DNA of 64,000 bases, from positions 336,276 to 400,275 of the forward strand of contig RDOB01000003.1 of the NCBI GenBank assembly GCA_011364965.1, read 5' to 3'. Made by a program: the position numbers and the translations under genes. This DNA comes from Candidatus Heimdallarchaeota archaeon. Lineage in GTDB: Archaea > Asgardarchaeota > Heimdallarchaeia > Hodarchaeales > Hodarchaeaceae. The notes under the pieces were generated by a model. It was not told where the DNA came from and did no database searches. It saw nothing but the letters and a program-made list of their open reading frames with translations. Below are positions 30,115 through 37,940 of this stretch, one piece after another. Position 1 is the stretch's first letter; each line of letters opens with the position of its first letter.

Positions 30115-30540
30115 AAATCTATCACGGTTATAATAGAAATTATTGGGTTATTTTTAATAGAAAGAGATCTAAAATGGAATGTTTCAGATCTAGATCACAA
30201 AGGTGGGGAATTTTTTGTTTATCAGAATGGAACTATAATCATTGAGGATTATTACAGTACAGGAGAAACTATTGATGTAAGATGTACAAACCTCAATGTG
30301 GGAGTTTGGAATATCACGATTGTAGTGAAAGATGCTGATGGATTTAACGCTACCCATTCCGTGATACTTATAACCACAACTCAATCAGAGTACGAAGAGA
30401 CTGATCCGACTGATCCCCTTTCAGAACCAGAACTTTCAACCAAATCACCACCACCGCACAATACTCAGGGTTTTGACCTGATAGCAGTCATAGCAACAAT
30501 AATAGCAACAGGGTGTACGCGAAAAAGTGAATCCAAATAG
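30115..30540 (+). pseudogene. Start-less 3' remnant of a surface-protein gene (beta-sandwich domain, Thr/Pro stalk, C-terminal anchor)
   Basis: The frame is open from 30115, but the first canonical start is GTG 30298, in the middle of the domain (..DLKWNVSDLDHKGGEFFVYQNGTIII..NLNVGVWNITIVVKDADGFNATHSVILI). There is no signal peptide. The domain is paralogous to the one in 20211..20759. It ends with QGFDLIAVIATIIATGCTRKSESK. Confidence 0.45.
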
Positions 30541-30617
30541 AGGGGAAACGATTCTCTGGTAGATAAGGATATCTCAGGGAAACCTTATTAGTATCACTGG
30601 AGTTCTAGTCATTAAGA

Positions 30618-31847
30618 ATGATGAGGTTTCAAAATTCAAAATACATTGAGATTACACATACTATCCATCTAAAAATCCCTAAGGGTATAACTCAAGTAAA
30701 TACTTATTTTTCAATCCCTAGTGAACATTTAAATCAAAAAAATATTCTCATAAAAGAAATTTACCCTTCTCCTCTTGCATATTTGAATATAGAAGACAAT
30801 AACGTTGCATATTTTGAGTGTAAATCTTCCAACCGAATTAAAATCAAATATCAATTTATTACTTCGGAATTCATACTTGAAAAAAATAATTCAATGACAG
30901 ATCTTTCGCCAAATGAATATAAAAGATTTACATGTAGTCAAAAACTCATCCAACTGAATAATGAGATTAAAACCCTCGCTCACGATATTGTTAAAATAGA
31001 AAAGGAGCCATTAAAACAAGCTAAGTTATTGTTTGTCTGGATTATTAAGAATATTAAATATGAAAAGCCATCCATTAATTTTGGGAATCTCATAGCTTTA
31101 CATCAAAAGAAGGGGGATTGCGGAAATATGAGCTTCCTCTTTGTTTCTCTCTGTCGGGCTCTGAATATTCCAGCAAGAGTCATATTTGGGTGGTGGACGA
31201 TAAGCTCGGGAAAAACAGGACCACATGCTTGGGCAGAATGTTTCATAAAAAATTATGGGTGGATTCCTGTTGATTGTGCCACTTCACGGTTAATTAAACA
31301 AGCTAAACGTAGATTGAATCTTTTTTCAGGTATTGATTTCTATGATATCACACCAGATCCAAGCTATTACTTTGGCAACATCGATAATAAGAGGGTTATT
31401 TATTCTATTGGATCAGAGCTAGAGGTACCTCATTCATATCCGGAATTTGAGATTAAAAAATTTTCGAAATTAAAACTAAATCTGAATGGATCTCCGTATA
31501 TTTGGGGAAAATTATCACCAGAACAACAAATTCTTTGGCTTCAACCTTTTTTTATTGATTTTAAAAGAGAACAGGAAAGTCCCAATCATTATCCTTCTTA
31601 CAAGAGTAAATTAGTGATCAGTACTCCCATTAAAGCCAGATTAAATTATTATTCTCATATGATATCAGGAATCTTAATTTTCCCTTCAATTCTTGCATTT
31701 ATCATACTAGAGAATCCGATTCTACTACTGCTAACAAGCTTAGTTCATATTCTATCCGCAGTATTCCTCTGGAAAGGAGCTACAAGGATTTTTTATATCT
31801 GTATTCTATTCCTTCTTCTTAGCTTCATCTTCTTAACCCTAATTTAA
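30618..31847 (+). CDS. Transglutaminase-like (cysteine-protease fold) protein with C-terminal TM helices
   Basis: Core KKGDCGNMSFLFVSLCRALNIPARVIFGW ... GPHAWAECF ... GWIPVDC (Cys-His-Asp triad arrangement). Confidence 0.75.
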   Translation: MMRFQNSKYIEITHTIHLKIPKGITQVNTYFSIPSEHLNQKNILIKEIYPSPLAYLNIEDNNVAYFECKSSNRIKIKYQFITSEFILEKNNSMTDLSPNEYKRFTCSQKLIQLNNEIKTLAHDIVKIEKEPLKQAKLLFVWIIKNIKYEKPSINFGNLIALHQKKGDCGNMSFLFVSLCRALNIPARVIFGWWTISSGKTGPHAWAECFIKNYGWIPVDCATSRLIKQAKRRLNLFSGIDFYDITPDPSYYFGNIDNKRVIYSIGSELEVPHSYPEFEIKKFSKLKLNLNGSPYIWGKLSPEQQILWLQPFFIDFKREQESPNHYPSYKSKLVISTPIKARLNYYSHMISGILIFPSILAFIILENPILLLLTSLVHILSAVFLWKGATRIFYICILFLLLSFIFLTLI

Positions 31848-32198
31848 ACCTCATTAATTGGAACCCTAACAGATGAGAATAAAAAATGCAAATTAAGAAA
31901 ATGAAGAGCTATTAATACTAAAATTTTTAGTGAAATTGATTGTAAATGAGAGTTAGAAAACTTTAAAAGGAGCATGTTTGTAGAAAAACTGAAAATGACA
32001 AAAATGCCACTATTCACGGTTTTCTAATAGCTCTCGTAGACTTTATACAAAAGGGGATACAATGCCAAAGCGGAATATAACAGAACGGTTTATGGATAAT
32101 TTACTCCTCCTATATGTAGCATCAGAGTATCGAGAGGGAAGTTTTGTGGGATATAGATAAGCTTATACAAAAACAACCAAGTTCCAAAATTCTTTACA

Positions 32199-33032
32199 TT
32201 ATTCTGGAGGGCCTCGTTCAATTATTTTTTGAATTTCCTTCAAAGAACACCTTTCTGACCAGAAAGCCTCTAATAGCCAAGTACAACCAATATCCATGAA
32301 GTCATGGATATAAGCATCTTCCTCTTTGTCTCCAACTGTCAGTATGCTTTTTACAACATCAAATGAGTCCAATGAGCCCCTATACTTTCTAATATAACTC
32401 ATGATTTCTTGATAATCTTGAGGATATAATGAGGGATCAGATCCAGTTTTCAATGGAAAAATTCCATCATATTTAGCAGCTCGTTGAAATGGTTTTTTAT
32501 TTGGCCATGTACCTCCGACCCAGATCTTTATATTGCCTTCTGGTTTAAATTTAATTGGTTCTTTTATCTTATAATGTTTTCCATCAAAGGTAAAGGGTTT
32601 TCCAGACCACAATCCTTTTAGAATCTCTAAAGATTCATCAAGCATCTCTCCTCTAATCTTAGGATCCTCCTCTTCCCCTATAGCTTTTAGTTCTGCTGTA
32701 CCTCCTAGCCCCACGCCAAGAATAAATCTTCCGTTAGAAAGTCTATCTATTGTAATTGTCTCTCGTGCTATTATCATTGGTCTTCTTCTTGCCAAAGGCG
32801 TCACTGTTGTACCAATGGCGATATTATTAGTTTGAGTTGCTATAGCAGACAATATAATCCATGGATCCAATACATCCTCATCGTTTGTCCACGGTAGGAA
32901 CACATGATCCCATAAGAAGAACCCATCCCAGCCATTTTCTTCTCCGCTTTTAGCTAAATGGATATAATCTTGAGGATTACTTGTAATTCCATGATTAGCA
33001 ATATAGATGCCGAATTTTACTTTCTTACTCAA
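32199..33032 (-). CDS. Luciferase-like monooxygenase (LLM) family flavin/F420-dependent oxidoreductase
   Basis: KFGIYIANHG..., DGFFLWDHV, TTVTPLARRRPMIIARETITIDRLSNGRFILGVGLGG. The track ORF extends to 33191, but the family normally begins at MKFG. In-frame TTG at 33032 (MSKKVKFG) or ATG at 33074 are more likely starts. Confidence 0.75.
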   Translation of the reverse strand: MSKKVKFGIYIANHGITSNPQDYIHLAKSGEENGWDGFFLWDHVFLPWTNDEDVLDPWIILSAIATQTNNIAIGTTVTPLARRRPMIIARETITIDRLSNGRFILGVGLGGTAELKAIGEEEDPKIRGEMLDESLEILKGLWSGKPFTFDGKHYKIKEPIKFKPEGNIKIWVGGTWPNKKPFQRAAKYDGIFPLKTGSDPSLYPQDYQEIMSYIRKYRGSLDSFDVVKSILTVGDKEEDAYIHDFMDIGCTWLLEAFWSERCSLKEIQKIIERGPPE

Positions 33033-33683
33033 GTATAACGCCAAAAATAATACAAATTGGGTCTTTAAAAACATAATAATTGAGGTAAAACTATTTCTTA
33101 GGAGGAGGGATATTTCATGACCCCTTCCTTCAATTCTCGTGGTATATACAGGGCTAATAATTATGGAGCTGCAATGCCATGAAACTACCAATCACCAATA
33201 ATATGAACGGATAATTATACCAGAGATCAAGTTAGTACTGTTACAGTGTTCGATACTGTCGATGAAAGAGGTAAAGAGACAACTGACGATTTAGGATGGA
33301 AACGAAATGCCAGCTATATGAATTTGATAGAGAATAGTTAAATGACCAATATTCAGGAACAGAATAAGATCAAAAAAATTTATTGTTTCGATAAGCATTT
33401 TGATACGCTCCAAGTGGAGTGATGTGGAGCATTTCCACCCCCTTTGTTCCCCTGTGATCACTATATTATTTGGTTCTGCGTGTCGTGAGCTGAGCTATTT
33501 CTTGATATATGAAAGTGTAAGAAAGTTACACCTCTTATCCGTTGACGACCTCAACACAAAGATATCTGCTCCTTTCTGGCTGTAACAAGTATTGGTCCTT
33601 TTATCCAATGTAATAATGAATTCTACGTTTCTGTGAACGTTCTGAAGCCTTCAGAGGGAACTTCACATCCTTTGCATCAGGAG

Positions 33684-33724
33684 AAATATATTTAAACTAT
33701 GTGTTGACAGATATTCATCAACAC
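33684..33724 (+). promoter_or_regulatory. TATA-like box (AAATATATTTAAA, 33684-33696) followed by the inverted repeat GTGTTGA-N10-TCAACAC (33701-33724)
   Basis: Read directly. The repeat sits where an archaeal transcription start would be expected, about 25 nt after the TATA. Confidence 0.4.
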
Positions 33725-33754
33725 ATTGACACATTCTATAACCGCAATTTACGC

Positions 33755-34054
33755 ATGATTCCTCTCCTTGTTGATGTGTATACCTGTATGGTGTCTAAAA
33801 TGGCAATAGCTGACCAAACCAAACCACTTGATGAGTCTTTCACTCCTAACTTGTCTCATCTTCCCAAATCGGCTCAAGAAGTCTATTCACTTCTTCGTAT
33901 TAATGGGGCGCTGAAACCAGGGGAAATTGGTAATTATACCAGATTATCTAATCGAACTATTCGCTATGCTTTGAAAATCTTGGTGGATGACCTCTTAATC
34001 AAGCGCGTACCAGATTTACATGACTTACGTTCGCATTATTATTCACTTAATTAG
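33755..34054 (+). CDS. Small winged-helix DNA-binding protein (TrmB/MarR-like)
   Basis: SAQEVYSLLRINGALKPGEIGNYTRLSNRTIRYALKILVDDLLIKRV. The track ORF starts at GTG 33701 inside the predicted operator/TSS, so ATG 33755 is preferred. Confidence 0.55.
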   Translation: MIPLLVDVYTCMVSKMAIADQTKPLDESFTPNLSHLPKSAQEVYSLLRINGALKPGEIGNYTRLSNRTIRYALKILVDDLLIKRVPDLHDLRSHYYSLN

Positions 34055-34080
34055 CTTACTCAGTGCTTGGTACAATAGAT

Positions 34081-34185
34081 AAAGGCTTCGGTGAGACAAT
34101 GTGGTGTAAGTAATTATTTGTGGGTTAGAATTACCTTCACCGACTTCTTTCGCGGGTTCCTCTAGAATTATCCCGAAGCCTTTTT
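34081..34185 (+). other. Structured intergenic element: long-range perfect 11-bp stem enclosing an imperfect 13-bp hairpin, ending in T5
   Basis: AAAGGCTTCGG (34081-34091) pairs with CCGAAGCCTTT (34173-34183). The inner pair is GGTGTAAGTAATT (34103-34115) with AATTACCTTCACC (34129-34141), 11 of 13 bp. An alternative pairing is TCGGTGA (34088-34094) with TCACCGA (34137-34143). T-run at 34181-34185. Confidence 0.4.
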
Positions 34186-34187
34186 AT

Positions 34188-34201
34188 TTGATGATCATCA
34201 A
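34188..34201. promoter_or_regulatory. Perfect 14-bp palindrome TTGATGATCATCAA upstream of the second cassette gene
   Basis: Read directly. It is followed by further TTGACA motifs at 34210 and 34247. Confidence 0.4.
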
Positions 34202-34228
34202 CAGCATTATTGACAACAAAATTTTATA

Positions 34229-34843
34229 TTGGTAAAGGTATTTCATTTGACAATCAGGCCAAATAATTCCGATACGGATGAATCGTTTGCCAATTCTTCA
34301 CGGTCTAAGCCTGATAACACTCTTCAGTATATGATTAATCTTCAAAAAGATTTGAAGACTGCTGCTGATAGTTTACGCTTGGAACTCCTTGGAATTCACA
34401 AAGAAATTGAAGAAATAAAAGCTACTGTAAGTGTACTCAAGGATTCGATTGAATATTTATGTGATCGAAAAGCTCTAGAAAAGCCAGGCGATGATACCGT
34501 TGGCGCTATTACTTCCGGTCTTGATCTTCTACAAAAAGCCCCTCAGCATCTTCGTCGCACTTTACAAGTCATGGTTCAGCTAAATAGTGCGACTGCAAGT
34601 CAAGTTGCTCGTCGAACTGGCAAAAGTCGCTCACTTGAAAGTGATTATCTGAACCAACTGGAACGTTTGGGAATTTTGAGTCGAAAAGATGATACAGGAA
34701 AACATGTTATCTTCGTTCATGAAAGAACTCGTTCTGAAGAAGCTGATGAGGAAAATGAGGAAAATGAAAGGAATAATGATGAAGATAGTACGAGGGAAAA
34801 AATTCAACAAATGCAACAAACTGCACGTGATGCACGACAATAA
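34229..34843 (+). CDS. Coiled-coil plus winged-helix protein with acidic C-terminal tail
   Basis: Heptad-like LKTAADSLRLELLGIHKEIEEIKATVSVLKDSIEYL. wHTH is LRRTLQVMVQLNSATASQVARRTGKSRSLESDYLNQLERLGILSR. Tail is SEEADEENEENERNNDED. TTG start; ATG 34331 is an alternative. Confidence 0.5.
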   Translation: MVKVFHLTIRPNNSDTDESFANSSRSKPDNTLQYMINLQKDLKTAADSLRLELLGIHKEIEEIKATVSVLKDSIEYLCDRKALEKPGDDTVGAITSGLDLLQKAPQHLRRTLQVMVQLNSATASQVARRTGKSRSLESDYLNQLERLGILSRKDDTGKHVIFVHERTRSEEADEENEENERNNDEDSTREKIQQMQQTARDARQ

Positions 34844-34903
34844 ACTTATTTATATAAACTAATTTAATTGTTTTTAGAACTTTTAATATAGAGGTGTTTT
34901 TAT

Positions 34904-35698
34904 ATGAAAATAATTAGTTTCCACAGTTATAAAGGTGGGACTGGCAAGACGCATCTTTCTGCTAACCTAGCAACCATTTTAGCACGCAAAGGGTTTAAAA
35001 CAGCGATTCTTGACTTAGATTTTCGGGGACCCAACCTTCAGACTTTATGTGGAATTGAATCTGAAGTTACTATCAATGATTTGCTATTTGATCCCGATTT
35101 AACTGGTCAAGATATTTTAGTCTCTTTTGAAGATCAATATAAAATTCCGTTATTTGCCGCTTTCGCATCTACTGACTTTCGCAAGATGGGAGACATTGTT
35201 AGAGCTGATAAAAAGCAACGTCAGCGGTCCTTGAAGCGTATCTTACGATTACGTGACGAACTAAGTGAAAATGGGTTTGATTATACCATTATTGATACTA
35301 GTCCAGGTGTCCAAATGGAATCTATTGATGGTCTAGTTATCTCCGATGCTACCTGTTTAGTCCTTAAAGCTGATGATTTTGATATTAGTGGAACTAAGAG
35401 TATGGTTACTCAACTCTACTCGCTACTTGATAGTAAAAACTATGTTGTACTCAATCGAGTTGTCGCTGAAACTTGTCCTCCTGAAGAGGGGGTCTGGAGT
35501 AGTGCTGATCTCAAACTTGTAGAAAAATTTGAGAAAACTATTAAGGATGAAATGCGTATGGACGTCATTACCTCCATTCCATGTTTCTGTGAAGTTGCTC
35601 GGGAAGGGTCACGCAATATTTTTAGTTTGAAGCATCCCGAACACCCTTTCAGTCAATATATCGAAAAATTAGGGAATGCATTACTCAAAGGATTGTAA
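34904..35698 (+). CDS. ParA/MinD-family P-loop ATPase
   Basis: Deviant Walker A SYKGGTGKTHLSANLA, A' box ILDLDFRGPN, and Walker B YTIIDTSPG. Confidence 0.8.
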   Translation: MKIISFHSYKGGTGKTHLSANLATILARKGFKTAILDLDFRGPNLQTLCGIESEVTINDLLFDPDLTGQDILVSFEDQYKIPLFAAFASTDFRKMGDIVRADKKQRQRSLKRILRLRDELSENGFDYTIIDTSPGVQMESIDGLVISDATCLVLKADDFDISGTKSMVTQLYSLLDSKNYVVLNRVVAETCPPEEGVWSSADLKLVEKFEKTIKDEMRMDVITSIPCFCEVAREGSRNIFSLKHPEHPFSQYIEKLGNALLKGL

Positions 35699-35722
35699 AC
35701 AAAGATAAAAAAGAATGGGTGA

Positions 35723-35742
35723 GGGAATTTCATTCCCTTTTT
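35723..35742. terminator. Hairpin GGGAAT-TTC-ATTCCC plus T5 between convergent genes
   Basis: Arms at 35723-35728 and 35732-35737. T5 at 35738-35742. Confidence 0.45.
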
Positions 35743-35749
35743 AATTGCG

Positions 35750-36433
35750 TTAGACAAACCGGCCGTTGGATAATTGGTGACTAGCATCAGCATAGCGTTT
35801 TAGATCTTCATTGTGTGTTACCACAAGAATTGACGTGTCTCTTTTTGTAAAGCTCTTTAACAATCGCATTATAGAGGCGGCATTATCCGTATCGAGATTA
35901 CCTGTAGGTTCATCTGCAAAGATGATTCGGGGTTTACCCACTAATGCGCGTGCTATGCCTATTCGTTGTTGTTCTCCTCCGCTTAGCTCATCAGGATAGT
36001 TATCTACCTTATCCCATAAACCAACTTGTTTAAGCAAGGAAATTGCCCGCATTCGGATCTCTTTTGATTTGATCTTCCGTGGATAGAGTGGACACTCGAT
36101 ATTTTCTAATGCAGTTTGTGTTCGGATCAGCTCCCAGTTCTGGAAGATAAATCCGACATTTTCCTGTCTAAATTTCGATAAACGTTCTTCTTCCCAATCT
36201 GCAATATTTTCATCCTCATAGATTACTTTTCCTTCTGTTGGCATATCTAAACCTGATAGGACATTTAGCAAAGTGGATTTTCCAGATCCCGATGGTCCTG
36301 TCACTAATACCATTTTTGCTCTGGGTATTTGTAAATCTATCGCGTTTAGTGCCATTACTACTTCCTGTTTTCCTCGGATGTATTCCTTTGAAAGATTTCT
36401 TGCTTCAATTAAAATATCACTCATTTGTACCAC
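35750..36433 (-). CDS. ABC transporter ATP-binding protein (MacB/LolD/FtsE-like)
   Basis: Walker [13 protein letters not shown], signature [15 protein letters not shown], and Walker [13 protein letters not shown]. Confidence 0.9.
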   Translation of the reverse strand: MVQMSDILIEARNLSKEYIRGKQEVVMALNAIDLQIPRAKMVLVTGPSGSGKSTLLNVLSGLDMPTEGKVIYEDENIADWEEERLSKFRQENVGFIFQNWELIRTQTALENIECPLYPRKIKSKEIRMRAISLLKQVGLWDKVDNYPDELSGGEQQRIGIARALVGKPRIIFADEPTGNLDTDNAASIMRLLKSFTKRDTSILVVTHNEDLKRYADASHQLSNGRFV

Positions 36434-36444
36434 CTCACTTTTGC

Positions 36445-37671
36445 CTACCGATCTTTAAAGATCTCTATCGGTCTAACTGATAACGTTCTAAACGTGATTA
36501 TGAAAAATCCAGGTACACAAGACAACACTACTGCTATGAATGACCAGAATGCAGTTGGGGAAAACGCTATGAGATAAAAGTATGCTGAATCTCGAGACGC
36601 AGGATTCCATACATACAATTGAATAGCTAATAATCCTATCAAAAATCCTGAAATAGATACTACGAGGATTTCCGCCAGTACTACGATTCTTACATCCCAT
36701 TTACCGTATCCCATCGCTTTCAAAACAGCTACTTCTCGTCTTCGGAAACGTGTAATTAAGTATGAATACAAAGTACTCACCATAAAGGTTCCAAAGATAC
36801 CAAAAAGAAGAGAGAGAAATGTCATGTTCCGACTATCGTCTTTATTCTCTTTACGTGTATAAATTGGCTCATTATAATCAGTTGAATCTAAGCTGTTTAG
36901 CTGAGAAGCTAATGCGTCAACATTGTCGTATGCTGCTCCTGAAAAAATATCCCCACTTGCAATCACTGAAATTGAGTAAATATAGATTTCAAATGTTCTA
37001 TAATCCAGATGATCACCATCTACTACTATTGAGAATGCATCTTCCGTCAATATTATCCATTCCAGATCATCACTTTTAACTGTAGATGGATCTGGCTTTC
37101 GGAATATACCTGAAATTCTTAGATCGAATGTTGCATCCTCTGAGACGCCTAATTTCAAGGTAGTTCCCACCACTGGCTTAGTATATATACTCAAACCATC
37201 TTGAGTATCACTCAACGCTAGTAAGACCTCTTCTGATACCAATACTTCGCGGTCAGAGGATGGATAATGTCCCGCGATTAGATTATCAGGTTTAATTTCA
37301 CTAAAACCCCACTGATATTGAGGATTAACGCTGAATATACGCAAGTCAGGGCCAAAGTTAACATATTTATAAAATATCACAGCTTCGGAACCCGGAAGTC
37401 GTTCCCCATCGGTAATATCCAAATCTGTCTGGGCGTCTTCAAGGGATACCCGGTCTGTTAAGCTAAATGGATCTCTAACCTTAACTACTACTCCCCTATG
37501 ATCCAGCATTCCTTCACGTGAGAAACTATCAAAGAAACTGAGCATAACAATGGTAGCTCCACTTAGGATACTGAATACTAGGACGAAAGTAAAGAATCGG
37601 CGACGGGATCGGGTGCTAAACACCATAGATTTTACTATCAATTTATATAATCCCATTTTCGTTGACTCCAA
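36445..37671 (-). CDS. ABC transporter permease, FtsX/MacB-like
   Basis: N-terminal TM, a large extracytoplasmic domain, then three C-terminal TMs, with the FtsX-type RRREVAVLKAMGY motif. It is adjacent to the ATPase. Confidence 0.75.
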   Translation of the reverse strand: MESTKMGLYKLIVKSMVFSTRSRRRFFTFVLVFSILSGATIVMLSFFDSFSREGMLDHRGVVVKVRDPFSLTDRVSLEDAQTDLDITDGERLPGSEAVIFYKYVNFGPDLRIFSVNPQYQWGFSEIKPDNLIAGHYPSSDREVLVSEEVLLALSDTQDGLSIYTKPVVGTTLKLGVSEDATFDLRISGIFRKPDPSTVKSDDLEWIILTEDAFSIVVDGDHLDYRTFEIYIYSISVIASGDIFSGAAYDNVDALASQLNSLDSTDYNEPIYTRKENKDDSRNMTFLSLLFGIFGTFMVSTLYSYLITRFRRREVAVLKAMGYGKWDVRIVVLAEILVVSISGFLIGLLAIQLYVWNPASRDSAYFYLIAFSPTAFWSFIAVVLSCVPGFFIITFRTLSVRPIEIFKDR

Positions 37672-37940
37672 TAAGTTTAATTTTGTGCTTGATCATATTT
37701 TTAGTTTATAAAATGAATTAGTTAAGTCTATGCAATTAGAAACTTAAATTACATTTTGTTTCTTTTTATTCTTTCTTTACTACTGTGTACTTCCTGAATC
37801 AATACGGTTTCTTAAAAGAATCCTTTTACAACGAAGGTGAATTTCTAGAACTATAAGCCTTCATAAGTTACTTCCATTAGTGTATTTATTACGTGAATTT
37901 TAATCCTATCTCTTGAAGAAATACTACTACTTGGTTTGGT

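Noticed and set aside
13955-33191. A bioluminescence-type lux system (LuxC and LuxE homologues plus a luciferase-like monooxygenase at 32199-33191).
   Set aside because: The LLM gene is about 15 kb away on the opposite strand. It belongs to a very broad flavin/F420 oxidoreductase family. No LuxA/LuxB pair or LuxD is present, and LuxC/LuxE pairs are common in non-luminous organisms.
33400-33585. 61-aa TTG-initiated ORF in the long spacer before the wHTH/ParA cassette, and a possible integrase or att remnant there.
   Set aside because: There is no recognisable domain, no upstream signals, and no flanking direct repeats that I could find by eye. It is left unannotated.
34188-34260. C/D-box sRNA suggested by UGAUGA at 34189-34194.
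   Set aside because: The UGAUGA is half of a perfect DNA palindrome. No CUGA D box and no terminal stem follow within 50-70 nt.
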